DNA of 64,000 nucleotides from Saccostrea echinata (Eukaryota): NCBI RefSeq assembly GCF_033153115.1, contig NW_026889796.1, positions 2,604,001 to 2,668,000 of the forward strand, read 5' to 3'. Shown piece by piece: positions 62,971 to 64,000 of this stretch (position 1 is its first letter; each line of letters starts with the position of its first letter). The notes under the pieces were generated by a model. It saw only the letters and a program-made list of their open reading frames with translations, ran no database searches and was not told where the DNA came from. The position numbers and the translations under genes were made by a program.

Positions 62971-63885
62971 TATTTTACTCGAAATAGATCCTTATCGACT
63001 TTAAGGCCAAATGCTGTAGGTCAATGTTATTTTTTTCTCTCCATCTACATATTTCTTCACTTCTTCCACCCCTTCTTTTTTTCTTAAACGGGGGACAATT
63101 GTCTGAACTAACGTGTTTTTCTTTTGGACAAGTTACCTCGTAAAATAAGAAATATTTACAACTGTACAATTCGGATATAGAGGTGAATTTTCTAATTTAC
63201 TTGCATGAAAAAGAAACTTCTCCTAAAAGCTAGGCTAATGTTTTCTGTTTTACATCAGGTCGAAATGCATTATACATTATGCAAAGAAAACATGTTAAAA
63301 GAATTCAAAACTGAAGCTCAACATTGCATATATATTTTTTTCTTCAAAATAAAGTCTATATTAATGAGCACGTATTTGATATTTGAGTCAGAACAAATAT
63401 CATACACATATAATTCTCTTAAAAATATATCGGCAAAAGTAAAGATTGCAATTTGGCTTGAAAGTTCACTTAAACATATGTATATTGTAGTTACATTTTT
63501 GATAGCAATTTTCCCTTTTCTACAATATTTTGTTATAACACTGTTCCAATTTAGAATCTCAAAGTAATTTCTATAATATATAAATCAGAATTGCAGACAA
63601 TATTATTAATATGTCACAATATTCATATTTATTGCTTCCTCAACTGTATACCGGTAGGTTTATTTTCCGAATACCAAGAGCCCACACACAAATATCCCTT
63701 TATATAACCTGCATTGGAGGGGGAGGGGGTCCTGAACCGCCCATGTATATTCCGGCGCATGCCATGTATTGAACTAGATTACCCAATCATTTTTCGCTCA
63801 GCAGGAGAGAAAAGAGAAATGGCCGTGACTTTATGCCGGTACAGTAAGAAAACGTGGTCATTTGCTATCACGTTAGCCGTCAAGT

Positions 63886-63955
63886 ATGCAGCGACTGGAA
63901 GTTGCAGTGTGTATGTTTTTGTTGGTGTTTCCAGGATCACTGCAGGCTCTGCAAG
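63886..63955 (+). CDS. Probable first coding exon (signal peptide) of a secreted or membrane protein that continues beyond the window
   Basis: MQRLEVAVCMFLLVFPGSLQALQ followed by a phase-1 donor G|gtaaat; it has a hydrophobic core and a small-residue cleavage site. Confidence 0.5.
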
Positions 63956-64000
63956 GTAAATATACGATTGGTGTTGTTTATTATAGGTAATTGAATTATG

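Noticed and set aside
63205-63567. 120-aa ORF with a hydrophobic end
   Set aside because: AT-rich low-complexity translation with no splice or homology support.

Overview
AT-rich, intron-containing animal genomic DNA, most likely an oyster-like bivalve (inferred from the repeats: Helentron-type non-autonomous elements carrying a 166-bp satellite). I assembled spliced gene models by hand from GT/AG sites and frame continuity. In order: the 3' end of an SSUH2 homolog (+, ends at 105); a 4-exon DGAT2/MOGAT-family acyltransferase (-, 3759-5478); a secreted BRICHOS-domain precursor with a Pro/Arg/His-rich tail (+, 17101-21616, one middle exon unresolved); CFAP300 (+, 7 exons, 24172-31373); LIPT2 (-, 31656-35237, tail-to-tail with CFAP300 and head-to-head with ECT2); ECT2 (+, 22 exons, 36078-52407); and a signal-peptide first exon at the right edge (63886-63955). 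Introns and intergenic DNA hold many MITEs, satellite-bearing Helentron-like elements, a Penelope-like RT remnant and a 154-N gap. The three best leads are: (1) the BRICHOS precursor, whose tail resembles proline-rich host-defence peptides; (2) ~340-bp LTR mini-retroelements whose LTRs contain a tRNA-like Pol III cassette, with a tRNA-His PBS and a PPT (Helenus/Cassandra-like TRIMs); (3) two dissimilar palindromic elements that share a GAA-triloop plus tandem GA/GA hairpin apex with compensatory stem changes. All homology calls come from motif recognition, not database searches.
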